Below, one piece after another: positions 40,481 through 54,498 of a DNA stretch of 64,000 nt. Numbering within the stretch: position 1 is the stretch's first letter; every line of letters begins with the position of its first letter. The notes under the pieces are model-generated. The model made no database searches. It had not been told where the DNA came from and worked only from the letters and a program-made list of their open reading frames with translations. The stretch spans positions 160,001 through 224,000 of the forward strand of contig CAWFCQ010000002.1 of the NCBI GenBank assembly GCA_963814375.1. Direction: 5' to 3'. Origin of the DNA: an uncultured Chloroflexia bacterium (lineage in GTDB: Bacteria > Chloroflexota > Limnocylindria > QHBO01). Position numbers and translations under genes: made by a program.

Positions 40481-40594
40481 CGCTCCCCCCGTACGCCCCC
40501 CGCTAGGGGCAATGGCTCATACGCCGCGCGTGACGCCATTCGGCCGAGAGCGGGACCACCGAGCGACGCTTGACGAGCACCGGAGACTGGCGCG

Positions 40595-42133
40595 ATGGGA
40601 CGCGACCTCGTGACGACGGCCGGCGCCTGGATCGAGCGCCACAGCTACCTGCTGCTGTGTTGCGCCCTCCTCCCGATGGTGGTGTGGCGCGCCGTCACCG
40701 GGACGTGGCTCGCCGACTTCTGGGAGCACGCCGCGGTCGTCGGTGAGCTCGCCGCCAACCCGTTCGACCCGAATCACCCGATGCTCGCGATCGATGCGCC
40801 ACACGCGCTGAACTCGCCATACCACCTCGTCCTCGGACTCGTCGCTGCGGCCCTCGACGCCTCATCAGTCGCCGTGCTCGGTGCTGCCGCCATCGTGAAC
40901 TTCGTGCTGCTGCTGATCTCGCTCCGGCTCTTCGTGCGGATCTTCACGCGATGGGCCCTGGCTCCGTTTCTCACCCTCCTCTTCACGGTCGTGCTGTGGG
41001 GCTTCGAGCCGTGGGAATGGAGCGGCTTCTTCCACCTCGTCTCGTTCAGCAATGTCATGGGATACCCGTCGACGCTTGCCACTGCCTCCGCCTTCCTCGG
41101 CATCTGGGCGGTGCGCGCACAGCTGCTGACCGGAGGGTCTGGCTGGGCCATCACGACGGCGGCCCTGGCCTGGATCACCGTCCTCATTCACCCGCCCACG
41201 TTCGCCTTCCTCGGCATCGGCGCGGTCGCGCTGGTGATCCAGGACTTCGATCGGCGTCACGCCGGGCGTGCTGCGGCGGTCGCAGGCGCCGGTGCGGTCG
41301 GCCTCGGGGCCGCGCTCCTCTGGCCGTACTACCCGCTCGTCAGCCTGACCGGTGCCGATCCGGCCGGCTACCTGCGCGACAACGACCCGTTGCTGGCACT
41401 CAGCGGGGTTGTGTCGAAGACGTTCCCCGCCATCGTGGGGCTGCCGTTTCTCGTGCTTCGCGCCATCCGTCGACGACGCGATGCGCTCGTCTGGCTCTTT
41501 CTCGGCGTTTCGGCCGCCTACCTCGTTGCCCGCTTCGGTGGCATCGGGAGCCTGGCGACGATGATCCGGTTCGTCGTCCTGGCGCTGCACGTTGCGCTCG
41601 CCCATGGCATCGCGGGCCTTCTCGCCGGTCGGTCGGGACGATGGCGAACGGTTCTCGTGCCGGCCGGCGTGGCCGCCGCCCTCGTCGTGGCGGTCGCCTG
41701 GACCGCCACGCCCAGCGGGCGGGCGATGGCCGCGCTCGACGACGCAGCCATCCCCGATCTCGCATTCCTCGCGACCGAGGTGCCCGACGACGAGATCGTC
41801 ATGGCGGATGCGATCACCGCGCTGGAGGTCCCGGCGTGGGGACCAAAGGTGATCGCCTGGCATTACGCCATGCCCTACGTGGAGGACCGCGAGGAGCGCC
41901 GCGCCGACGTCGACGCCTTCTTCGCCGCCGATGCGAGCGCGGACACGCGAACGGAGATCCTCGATCGGTGGTGCGCCGACTGGGTGCTCATCGTCCCCGA
42001 GCGCCTCTCGGAGGTGGGCGGCGCAGAGGCCGCCGAGCTAGCGGCCGATGGCGAACCGGCGCCGGCCGATGCTGCTTCGCGCGCCATCCTCGTCCGGCGG
42101 CCGGCGCCCGCCTCGTGCGTCGCCGGCTCCTGA
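40595..42133 (+). CDS. Polytopic membrane protein, putative GT-C glycosyltransferase
   Basis: N-terminal TM, loop with DFWEH, about 10 further TMs, soluble C-terminal domain; glycan-locus context. Confidence 0.55.
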   Translation: MGRDLVTTAGAWIERHSYLLLCCALLPMVVWRAVTGTWLADFWEHAAVVGELAANPFDPNHPMLAIDAPHALNSPYHLVLGLVAAALDASSVAVLGAAAIVNFVLLLISLRLFVRIFTRWALAPFLTLLFTVVLWGFEPWEWSGFFHLVSFSNVMGYPSTLATASAFLGIWAVRAQLLTGGSGWAITTAALAWITVLIHPPTFAFLGIGAVALVIQDFDRRHAGRAAAVAGAGAVGLGAALLWPYYPLVSLTGADPAGYLRDNDPLLALSGVVSKTFPAIVGLPFLVLRAIRRRRDALVWLFLGVSAAYLVARFGGIGSLATMIRFVVLALHVALAHGIAGLLAGRSGRWRTVLVPAGVAAALVVAVAWTATPSGRAMAALDDAAIPDLAFLATEVPDDEIVMADAITALEVPAWGPKVIAWHYAMPYVEDREERRADVDAFFAADASADTRTEILDRWCADWVLIVPERLSEVGGAEAAELAADGEPAPADAASRAILVRRPAPASCVAGS

Positions 42134-42210
42134 GACTGCCGCCGACCGATCCAGATCTCTACAATCGCCCAACCCGGCGTCGCCGCTGCCGCGAAACCAG
42201 GAGACAGCCA

Positions 42211-43149
42211 GTGAGCCACACCCGCCCGCTTGCCGCGCGGATGCGTCGACGTGTCGGTGACCTGTGGAGCCGACTGCCGCCGACGCTGCAGCCGCCGCGA
42301 CTCCGCAGCCGCATCAGCTGGGCGATCGGTCTCTATGGCGGGAGCGACCCCACGTCGCTCGCCCCGCTCCCGGGCATTCGCAACCCGATCCTGGACCGCC
42401 ACGCGGTTCGCGACGTCGATGCCGCGTTCGTGGCTGACCCGTTTCTCATGCGCTTTGCCGAGCGGTGGTACCTGTTCTTCGAGGTGCTCGACTGGTCGAC
42501 CGGGCTCGGGCTCATCAGCGTCGCGTCGAGCGACGACGCCAGGCGCTGGCGCTACGAGGGCGTGGCGCTCGTCGAGCCGTACCACTTGAGCTACCCGCAT
42601 CCATTTGTGGTTGACGGGATTCCGCATCTCGTGGTCGAGTCGTCGGCGGCCAAGGTCGTGCGTGTCTATCGGGCCGTCGACTTTCCGCGATCGTGGGAGC
42701 CGGTCACCGATCTCCTCGACGACGTCCCGCGGGTGGACCCGACCCTCTTCGAGCACGATGGAGCCTGGTGGCTGTTCACGGGCCGATACCTCGATGGCTG
42801 GCGTCGCCTTGAGCTCCACATCGCCCCGCATCCGTTGGGGCCGTTCCGGCCGCATCCAGCCAACCCGGTTGTGTCGAACGACACGCGCGTCGCGCGGCCG
42901 GGCGGACGCGTCGTCTGCGACGGCGACCGGTTGCTGCGCTTCGGACAGGACTGCTCCTCTGTGTACGGCGAGCGCCTGTGGGGCGTCGAGATCGTGGAGC
43001 TCGCCGCTGACGCCTACTCCGAGCGACCGCTGCTCGACCAGCCCGTCCTGGCGGGGCGAGGTCGCGGATGGAACCGGCGGCGGATGCACCACCTCGATGC
43101 GCATCAGCTCGATGATGGGAGCTGGCTGGCTGCCGTCGACGGCGCCTGA
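42211..43149 (+). CDS. GINT1-N-like five-bladed beta-propeller (glycoside hydrolase-like)
   Basis: FVADPF...YLFFE, HLSYPH, VDPTLF, HPANPVV, RPGG, QDC..YG, MHHLD. Confidence 0.75.
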   Translation: MSHTRPLAARMRRRVGDLWSRLPPTLQPPRLRSRISWAIGLYGGSDPTSLAPLPGIRNPILDRHAVRDVDAAFVADPFLMRFAERWYLFFEVLDWSTGLGLISVASSDDARRWRYEGVALVEPYHLSYPHPFVVDGIPHLVVESSAAKVVRVYRAVDFPRSWEPVTDLLDDVPRVDPTLFEHDGAWWLFTGRYLDGWRRLELHIAPHPLGPFRPHPANPVVSNDTRVARPGGRVVCDGDRLLRFGQDCSSVYGERLWGVEIVELAADAYSERPLLDQPVLAGRGRGWNRRRMHHLDAHQLDDGSWLAAVDGA

Positions 43150-43165
43150 ACGTCGCGCGTGACGC

Positions 43166-44447
43166 TCAGGACGTGGGCGCGGGCAGTCTCGGCACGAACT
43201 CGATGTCGCTGTAGACGCAACCCCAGCGCTGATCGACCTGGCTCGTCCCGTAGATCTGGGTCTCGCCAATCTCGAAGCGGATGGCGTCCTCTGCATGGGC
43301 GAAGATGTGCCCCTGGGAGCTCATGACCCAGATATCGGCCTTGTACGGGCCGGGGAGGTAATCGACGTCGCGCACGACGATGTCGACCTCCATCTCGCCG
43401 GCCGGCCACGGCGCGAGCTCGACGCCCTGCTGTTCGCTGCTGACGCTCGTGAGGAGGACGCCCGAGGCGGTCCAGAGGCTGATTCCGACGTGCGGCTGCC
43501 CGATCGGCTCAAGCACGTCGACCTTGACCCGGATGGCGAGGTTCTGCCCCGTCACCGGTAGCGGCGCGGGGCGCTGATCCTCGTTGAGGACCTCGTACGA
43601 GAGCAGCTTCACCATGCCGTCGCCCATGACGCCGTGCTGCGAGAACTCGCCGCCACCCCCGCCGGCGTAGCTTTCGCCGTAGGCGGTGACGACCTCGTCG
43701 GTCGGGCCCTCCTGCCGCAACTGTCCGTCGTGGAGCCAGATCGACCGCGAGCAGAGCTGCTGGACGGCCGCCATGTTGTGGCTGACGAGGATGACGGTCC
43801 GCCCGCTCTGCGGCCACGTCGCTCATCTTGCCGAGGCACTTGCGCTGGAAGGCGGCGTCGCCGACGGCGAGCACCTCGTCGACGATGAGGATCTCCGGCT
43901 CGAGGTGTGCTGCCACCGCGAAGGCGAGGCGGACGTACATGCCGCTCGAGTAGCGCTTCACCGGCGTGTCGAGGAAGCGCTCGATCTCGGCGAACTCGAC
44001 GATCTCGTCGAACTTGCTGCGCATCTCGGTGCGGCTCATCCCGAGGATCGTGCCGTTGAGGTAGATGTTCTCGCGACCGCTCAGCTCAGGGTGGAAGCCG
44101 GTGCCGACCTCGAGCAGGCAGCCGACCCGGCCGCGCACTGTGACCCGTCCCTCGGTCGGCTCGGTGATCCGGCTCAGGATCTTCAGGAGGGTCGACTTGC
44201 CGGCGCCGTTCCGTCCGATGACGCCGAGCCTCTCTCCCTGCGCCAGGTCGAAGGACAGACCACGCAGCGCCCACAGCTGCTCGCGAGTCGGCGACTCGGC
44301 CGCGCCCCTGCCGATGAGGCGCCTGCCGACGTTGCGCGCTCCGTCGGTGATCACGTCGCGCAGCGCCGTGTAGCCGTAGCCGCCCTGGTGGCGGATCGTG
44401 TAGCGCTTGCCGAGACCCTCGACCCGGATGGCCGATCTAGATGACAT
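43166..44447 (-). CDS. wzt: Glycan ABC exporter ATPase with Wzt_C domain; frameshift at ~43810
   Basis: [31 protein letters not shown]; continues in ORF 43166-43774. Confidence 0.9.
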
Positions 44448-45282
44448 CGGCGAAGGTCCGCTCGGTGCGCCGGAAGTAGGCCACCCCCAGGCCGAGGATG
44501 AGCGTGGTGAGCGTGATCGAGAGGATCATGCCGGGCCAGTAGATCTCCGCCGGAGGCCCGAGGATCGCCCAGCGGAAGCCATCAATGACCCCGACCATCG
44601 GGTTGAGCGAGTAGAGGAGGCGCCACTCGTCGGGAACGACGCTGCTCGGGAACCCGACGGGGGAGATGTAGAGGCCGAGCTGCACGATGAACGGAACGAT
44701 GTAGCGGAAGTCGCGGTACTTGACGTTGAGGGCCGCCATCCAGATGCCGGCGCCGAGCGCCGCGGCGATCGCGAGGAGGACGAGCGGCGGCAGCGCGAGC
44801 ATCCGCCAGGTCGGGGCGAACTGGAGGATGAGCATGAGGACGAGCAGAATCACGAACGAGATGGCGAAGTCGGCCAGGTTCACGAGGACCGAGCTCACCG
44901 GCATCGTGAGCCGCGGGAAGTACACCTTCCCGATCATCTGGGCGTTGTCGACGAGGCTGGCGCTGCTGTCCGCCAGCGCGCCGGCGAAGAACTGCCACGG
45001 GAGCAAGCCGGCGAAGACGACGATGGCGTAGGGCGCGCCCGAATCGTCGGCGAGCCCGGCGAGGCCGCCGAAGACGAGCGTGAAGACGACCATGATCAGC
45101 ACCGGACGGATGACGCTCCAGGCCACGCCGATCGCCGTCTGCTTGTACCGAACCGCGAGGTCGCGCCAGGCGAGGAAGAGGAAGAGCTCGCGATAGCGCC
45201 ACAGGTCCAGCCAGTAGTGGCGCATGCCACGTCCGGCCTCGATCAGGACCTCTTCGTCGGCGCGCGCGTCGATCGCGGTCAT
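44437..45282 (-). CDS. wzm: Glycan ABC exporter permease
   Basis: [30 protein letters not shown]. Confidence 0.92.
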   Translation of the reverse strand: MTAIDARADEEVLIEAGRGMRHYWLDLWRYRELFLFLAWRDLAVRYKQTAIGVAWSVIRPVLIMVVFTLVFGGLAGLADDSGAPYAIVVFAGLLPWQFFAGALADSSASLVDNAQMIGKVYFPRLTMPVSSVLVNLADFAISFVILLVLMLILQFAPTWRMLALPPLVLLAIAAALGAGIWMAALNVKYRDFRYIVPFIVQLGLYISPVGFPSSVVPDEWRLLYSLNPMVGVIDGFRWAILGPPAEIYWPGMILSITLTTLILGLGVAYFRRTERTFADVI

Positions 45283-46246
45283 GCGGCCTTCCTTCGCACG
45301 CGTCGCCGTGTCTCACGCAGCAGGTCGTGGACGCCGGCGGGCAGGATGGCGCGACCGATGACGCCGAGCGCGTCCAACCGCCACGGCTCGTGCCCCAGCG
45401 CACGAAAGGCGAGGCGCATCGCGTCGGCGCGCCGGCCGAGCTCGCGCGTCGCCTCGGCGCTGCGCACGAATCCATCGGCCATGAAGCCGCGGGCCTGCCC
45501 GGTCGTGTCGAAGATCTGGCGGTGGCGCTGGTACATCATCTCGTAGGTCTTCCATGACTCCGGGCGCAGCCGGGACATCATCGAGGCGTGCCCGACGCGG
45601 TAGCCGTAAAGCGGTTCGGCAAGGTACACCGGATGCAGCCCGACCTCCAGCGCGCCGATCCAGAAGTCATGGTCCTCGTTGCCGATGCGGAGCTCGGGAC
45701 CCTCGTAGTAGCCACCGACATCGGCCCACAGCGATCGCGTGAACGATGCGCCGCCGGCCGGGATCCATTGGAAGCGCAGCAATGAGACAAGCTCGTCGGG
45801 GCGATAGGTGACGAGCCCCTCGTGGCGGCCGTGGCCCTGGCGGATGACCACGTCGTCGCCGTCGAAGGCCTGGTAGTCGGTGAACGCGCAGTTGTACGCG
45901 CCGTCGGTGGCAGGTGGGGTAGGACCCGCGCGAGGTAGGTGGGCCGGAGCATGTCGTCGGAGTCGAGCGGGACGATCACCTCGGAGCGCGCTTCGCTGAT
46001 GGCCGTGTTGCGAGCGGCCGACAGCCCTCGATTGACCTCATGCCGAACGATCCGGATTCTCGGGTCACCGATCCGTTCGACGACCGCGCTCGCCGAATCG
46101 GTCGCGGAGCCGTCGTCGACGACGATCGCCTCCCAGTCCTCGACGGTCTGGGCACGCACGCTCTCGAGGGCGTCGGCAAGGTACCCGGGATCGTTGAAGA
46201 CCGGGACGATGATGGTGCAGATGGGCGGTGCGGAATCGCTGTGCAT
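45279..46246 (-). CDS. Glycosyltransferase family 2; frameshift at ~45910
   Basis: IIVPVFN, VVDDGS, NRGLSAARN, LDSDD; then GGY...EDHDFW in the second frame. Confidence 0.85.
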
Positions 46247-46334
46247 GCTCGAGCGAAGCGGCGGGGAGGTTCGTGAATTCGGCGCATATGATGCACGACC
46301 CCGAGATTCCTGCCGATTCGCCCCCTGTCGCGCC

Positions 46335-47268
46335 TCAGCGCGTGGGTGGGCTGTCAGCGCCAGGCCGGCCTCGGCGCCGGAGGGTCCGCATGCCGCCGTG
46401 GAGCGGCGTGGGCAGCGCGGCGCGGCCGATCACCCCGTAACCGTCGAGGCGCAACGGCTGATGGCGAATCGCACGTGCCGCCAGGCGAACCGCCTCTCGC
46501 CGGCGTCCCGCTGCGCGGCTCGCACGGGCACTGCGGAGGTAGCCGTCGGCGAGGAACGCCCCGCCAACGCGATGGCGCCGAAAGGAGTCGCGGTGGCGCT
46601 CGTAGATCGCCTTGTGCGTGCGCCACGCGCTCTCGTCGAGCCGCGTCATCATCGAGGCGTGGCCGACCCGGTACTGGTAGAGCGGCTCGGCCACGTGGAG
46701 CGGGTGCAGGCCCGCCTCCATCGCGCTGATCCAGAAGTCGCGGTCCTCGTCACCTACGCGCAGGACGTCGTCCTCGCAGTAGCCACCGGCCGCCTCCCAC
46801 AGCGAGCGGCGGTACGTCGCGCCGGGGCCGGGGATCCACTGATGACGCAGCAGGGTGGCGGGGTCGCTCCCGCCCCATGCGATGCGGCCATGTCGATCGC
46901 CGACGAGCTCGAAGTCGGTATAGACGCAGTTCACGCCATCGTCCTCGAAGTGAGGCAGGACTCGCTCGAGGTACTGCGGCTCGAGCATGTCGTCGCCGTC
47001 GAGGGTGACGATGAGGTCCGCCGACGCGCCGCGCACGCCGGTGTTCCGCGCGGCCGCGAGACCCCGGTTCTCCTCGTGGGTGACCGTGCGGATCCGTGGA
47101 TCGCCGGCGAAGCCGGCGAGCGCGGCCGGCGGCATCGGTCGAGCCGTCGTCGACGACGATCGCTTCCCAGCCGGACATGGTCTGGGCAACGACGCTGTGG
47201 ACGGCGTCGACGAGGAAGCCGACGTCTTCGAAGATCGGAATGATGATCGAGCAGATCGGTTCGATCAC
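46335..47268 (-). CDS. Glycosyltransferase family 2 paralog; frameshift at ~47130
   Basis: VVDDGSTD, NRGLAAARN, LDGDD, EDRDFW. Confidence 0.85.
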
Positions 47269-47371
47269 TTGCGGGGATTCTCCTTGCTCGGTAGGCAGTC
47301 GATCGGGCGGCGGCCGACATCATGACCGGAATGCGCCCGCTCGTCATCCCGGCTTTCTGGATCGACTATGA

Positions 47372-50307
<2,936 letters not shown>

Positions 50308-50522
50308 CGATTGGGTCTGACCGTCTGACTGCACGCGAATCCAGGCCGGCAGAGCACCGACCGCGGCCATGACCGCTCCAGAGGTCGACCCGTTCAATCC
50401 CGCTCCCGCTCGCTCCACGCATACCCGCCAGGGATCCCTGGATGGCGCGGCAGGAACGGCTCCCGAGAAGCTCATCGAGGTCCCTTCCACGATATGAAGC
50501 AGCGCTCGCAGGCGAGGCAGTC

Positions 50523-51998
50523 GTGAACGACGAAGCCCGACCACAGCAGCAGCGTCGCCGCTCCCGGCGACGCAACGACAACAACACCGCTCGCCGTCAG
50601 AACCGGGGTGGTGGCGGGTTCACGCCGCGCCGACGGAACGACTACGCGTCGGGGCAGTACTCGTCGATCTTCACGGGACCCTTCCCGACCGACGCCGACG
50701 AGGACGGCCTCAACCTGGCCGACCTCCAGGCCAAGTCGCTCGAGGAGCTCAAGGAGCTGGCGGCCGAGCACGACGTCACCGGCTACGACGAGCTCGAGCA
50801 CTCCGACCTGGTTCTGAAGCTGCTCGACGTCGTTCCGCTTGCGCCGTCACAGCCGCGCGACAAGAACGGCCAGCCCGGTGCGGCCGAGGGAGTCCTCGAG
50901 ATCGTGGACGAGGGCTTCGGCTTCCTCCGCGTCAACGGCGTCATGCCATCGGCGCAGGACATCTACGTCAGCTCCAGCCAGGTCCGCCGCTTCGGGCTGC
51001 GCACCGGAGACCGGGTCACCGGGCAGACGCGCCAGCCGAAGGACCAGGAGAAGTACTGGGGCCTGCTGCGCGTCGACACCGTCAACAACGTCGAGCCGGA
51101 GGTCGCCAAGCGCCGTCCGTCCTTCGACTCGCTGGTGCCGGTCTTCCCGGACGACATGTTCGACCTCGAGACCGACCAGAAGAACCTGACCCAGCGCCTC
51201 ATCAACCTGATCAGCCCGATCGGCCTGGGGCAGCGAGGCCTGATCCTGTCGCCGGCCAAGGCCGGCAAGACGACCGTGCTCAAGCACATCGCCGCCGGGA
51301 TCACCGAGAACAACCCCGATGCGCTCCTCATGGTCGCCCTCATCGGCGAGCGGCCGGAGGAGGTCACCGACATGCAGCGCAGCGTCGACGGCGAGATCTA
51401 CTCCTCGACCTTCGACGAGCCGACCGAGAACCACACCCGCGTGGCGGAGATGTGCCTCGAGATCGCCAAGCGCCAGGTCGAGACCGGTCGCGACGTCGTC
51501 ATCCTGCTCGACTCGATCACGCGCCTGGCGCGGGCCTACAACCTCGCGCTGCCCGCATCGGGCAAGACGCTGTCCGGCGGCGTCGACCCGGTCGCGCTCT
51601 ACCCGCCGAAGCGCTTCTTCGGCGCCGCGCGGAACATCGAGGGCGGAGGCTCGCTCACGATCATCGCCACCTGCCTGGTCGACACCGGCAGCCGCATGGA
51701 CGATGTGATCTACGAGGAGTTCAAGGGCACCGGCAACATGGAGCTGGCGCTCGATCGCAAGCTGAGCGAGAAGCGGATCTTCCCCGCCATCGACGTCCTG
51801 CGCTCCGGCACCCGGCGCGAGGAGCTGCTGCTCGACGAGAACGAGCTGCGAATGGTGTGGACGATGCGCCGCATGCTCAGCGCGCTCGGACCCAACGAGG
51901 GAATCGAGCTGCTCATGCAGCGCCTTGGCAAGACGAAGGACAACGCCGAGTTCCTCGTCTCGCTGTCCAAGAGCGTCGAGGCCTCCGAGCGCTCGTAG
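50523..51998 (+). CDS. rho: Transcription termination factor Rho
   Basis: [48 protein letters not shown]. Confidence 0.98.
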   Translation: MNDEARPQQQRRRSRRRNDNNTARRQNRGGGGFTPRRRNDYASGQYSSIFTGPFPTDADEDGLNLADLQAKSLEELKELAAEHDVTGYDELEHSDLVLKLLDVVPLAPSQPRDKNGQPGAAEGVLEIVDEGFGFLRVNGVMPSAQDIYVSSSQVRRFGLRTGDRVTGQTRQPKDQEKYWGLLRVDTVNNVEPEVAKRRPSFDSLVPVFPDDMFDLETDQKNLTQRLINLISPIGLGQRGLILSPAKAGKTTVLKHIAAGITENNPDALLMVALIGERPEEVTDMQRSVDGEIYSSTFDEPTENHTRVAEMCLEIAKRQVETGRDVVILLDSITRLARAYNLALPASGKTLSGGVDPVALYPPKRFFGAARNIEGGGSLTIIATCLVDTGSRMDDVIYEEFKGTGNMELALDRKLSEKRIFPAIDVLRSGTRREELLLDENELRMVWTMRRMLSALGPNEGIELLMQRLGKTKDNAEFLVSLSKSVEASERS

Positions 51999-52110
51999 GG
52001 TGCCCCGGCGTCTCGGCTCGGTCCGTGACCGATGGATCGGTCATTCGGCGCGCACGGCGGCCATCCGGCGCGAATCGCCCAATAGATCGAGCGCCCGCGG
52101 CGTTTGGGCG

Positions 52111-53442
52111 GTGCTTCTCAGCCTCGTCCTCGTTGCCTGCGGTGCCGAGGCGGTCCCTTCGAGCCATACGCCGACTCCGACCGAAGCTCCCACGAGCTCG
52201 AGTGCCGCTGCGGAGCCCACCATCGGCGCCGTCGAGCCTGCACCCGGGTCGGAGAGCGTGCTGTACGCCCCGAACCCGGGGGCGATTGTCGTCGCCATCG
52301 ATCCCGGGCACGGTGGCTGCCTCGACTGGGGCGTCCCGGATCCGTCCGAGCGCGGCGTCGAGTGGGCCGAGAAGACCCTCACGCTGGGCATCGCCGAGCG
52401 GCTGCGCGCGCTGCTCGAGGCCGATGGCATCGGCGTCGTGATGATGCGCGAGGGCGACGAGGCGCTCGCCGGCGACGACTATCCCGACCTCGGCTGCACC
52501 GGTCCGGACTGGCGCGACGTCGACGGTGACGGGAATGCCGGCTTCGAGGAGACCGGCCGCATCCGGACCCGCGACGAGCTCCAGGCGCGCATCGATCGAG
52601 CGAACCTCGCCGGCGCCGATGCGTTCGTGAGCATCCACATCAACTCGCTGACGCAGGACGGGGTGGTGTACGAGCTGGCCGCCACCCAGACCTTCTTCGA
52701 CGACGAGACGCCGTGGGGAGTCGACGCCAGCGGATCTCTCGCCGACGCGATCCAGGGCGGTGTCGTGGCCGCCATCGAGCCACTCGCGACGTACGACCGC
52801 GAGGACCGTGGCACCGAGGCCGTCGCCTACTACGCGATCAGCCGCACCTGGGCGGATGGCGACACCTGCGAGGTCGAGGGCGACGCGTTCTGCAAGCCGC
52901 AGCGCGGCCTCCTCATGCCGTCCGTCCTGGCCGAAGTCGGTTCGATCACGCTGCGCGAGGAGCACGATCTCCTTGCCTCGCCCGCCGGTCAGGACGCCGT
53001 CGCGGCGGGGCTCTTCGACGGCCTCGCAGCACATTTTGCGCAGCGTGAGCTCGCTGCCCGCATCGGCCTGGCCGACGCTCCGGTCGGCGCGGCTCCGGCT
53101 GCCGTGCCCGGGGACGGGCCGCCGTTCTGGCCGCCGCCCATCGAGGATGGCACGCTTCGGCTGCGCCTCACGAACAGCGGGCAGGCACCATGGCCAGCCA
53201 GGATGCGGCTGCTCGCCGGCTGGGATGAAACGGAGAGCCCGTACCTCGTAGCGGCGCCGGTGCTGGAGCCGCTCGACGTCGAGGTTCCGGCGCTGGGCCC
53301 GGGCGAGTCCGTCGTGATCGACGCGGCGCTTCCCCGTACGCCGTCCGAGCGTTCGGTGGCATGGATCTCGCTGGGGACAGACGGCGAGGCGCTCGCCGAC
53401 AACGGGTCGGCGCCCCTCCAGGTCGCCAACCAGGCTCCCTGA
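52111..53442 (+). CDS. N-acetylmuramoyl-L-alanine amidase (Amidase_3) lipoprotein; start uncertain
   Basis: LVAC lipobox, IDPGHGG, EK, SIHIN, LAEVG. Confidence 0.85.
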   Translation: MLLSLVLVACGAEAVPSSHTPTPTEAPTSSSAAAEPTIGAVEPAPGSESVLYAPNPGAIVVAIDPGHGGCLDWGVPDPSERGVEWAEKTLTLGIAERLRALLEADGIGVVMMREGDEALAGDDYPDLGCTGPDWRDVDGDGNAGFEETGRIRTRDELQARIDRANLAGADAFVSIHINSLTQDGVVYELAATQTFFDDETPWGVDASGSLADAIQGGVVAAIEPLATYDREDRGTEAVAYYAISRTWADGDTCEVEGDAFCKPQRGLLMPSVLAEVGSITLREEHDLLASPAGQDAVAAGLFDGLAAHFAQRELAARIGLADAPVGAAPAAVPGDGPPFWPPPIEDGTLRLRLTNSGQAPWPARMRLLAGWDETESPYLVAAPVLEPLDVEVPALGPGESVVIDAALPRTPSERSVAWISLGTDGEALADNGSAPLQVANQAP

Positions 53443-53650
53443 ACCGAATACCACTCCACCATTCCCCACGATCCGTTGGTACTCCGCCCGACTGCACCTT
53501 TCCGGTTGTGCCACCTATGCTCCGCTGCTACCATTCGGCGGGCGCGAGACTGCCATCGGCCATCAAGAGGAGCGATCATCTAGATCGGACCGACAGGGGC
53601 TCACGCAAGCAGCTTTGTACAGACCCGTTGTAGGCGGAGACGACTTCCTA

Positions 53651-54443
53651 TTGCCTGACCCGCGCCGGCTGACCCGCCGCATCACCGAGAGCGCCGTCCT
53701 GCCGCGGATCGTCGCGCATCTCTCTGTCGTCGCGATCGTCATCGCCGCTGTTGTCAGCGGCGTTTCCAGCGCGAACGGGCACGACGGGCATGGTCCCACC
53801 TCCGATCCGGGCTTCATCTCGCTCATCAGCCAGGCGCGTGGCGCCGCGAACGCGAGCGATGAGCTGAGCACGAATGTCTACGACCTCGAGGCGCTCGGCG
53901 AGGAGCAGTCCGTGATGCTCGATCGCGGCATGCGCGCGCAGCTCCCGGGCGAAGGAACGCCGCTTCCGACGCCGGTGCCGGTCGATCCGAATGCCACGCC
54001 GCTTGCGGCGCCGACGACCAGCGGCGTCGGCTCGACGTACTCCTCGGGCGGGTCTTCCACCCGCGGCCCGGCTGTCGCGGCACCATATTCCCTCTTCTGG
54101 CCGGTGCCGGCCGGTGTCGATCAGCCAGTACTTCCATGCCGGTCACCTGGCGCTCGACATCGCCGCGCCATACGGCGCGCAGGTTTCCGCCGCGCAGTCC
54201 GGCGTCGTCTCGTGGGCGGGCTGGCGGAACAACGGCGGCGGGAACGTGATCGCCATCAACCACGGCAACGGGATGCAGACGGTCTACAACCACCTCGGCT
54301 CGATCTGGGTCTCGCCGGGCCAGTACGTGAGCGCCGGCCAGGGGATCGGCGGCGTCGGCTGCACCGGCATGTGCACCGGCCCGCACGTGCACTTCGAGGT
54401 CATCGTGAACGGGATCATCGACAACCCGCTGCGGTACCTCTGA
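53651..54443 (+). CDS. M23 peptidase with N-terminal TM; frameshift at ~54112
   Basis: HLALD (HxxxD), YNHL, TGPHVHFEV. Confidence 0.85.
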
Positions 54444-54498
54444 TCCCGGGTCCTGGCGTTTATACGTAGACATGCCTCGGCCGATAGGGACCCGCCCC

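Noticed and set aside
53443-53650. c-di-AMP (ydaO) riboswitch upstream of M23
   Set aside because: The context fits, but I could not find the conserved GCTGAATCC and CCCGTCAGCTAAC elements by eye; an Infernal scan would settle it.
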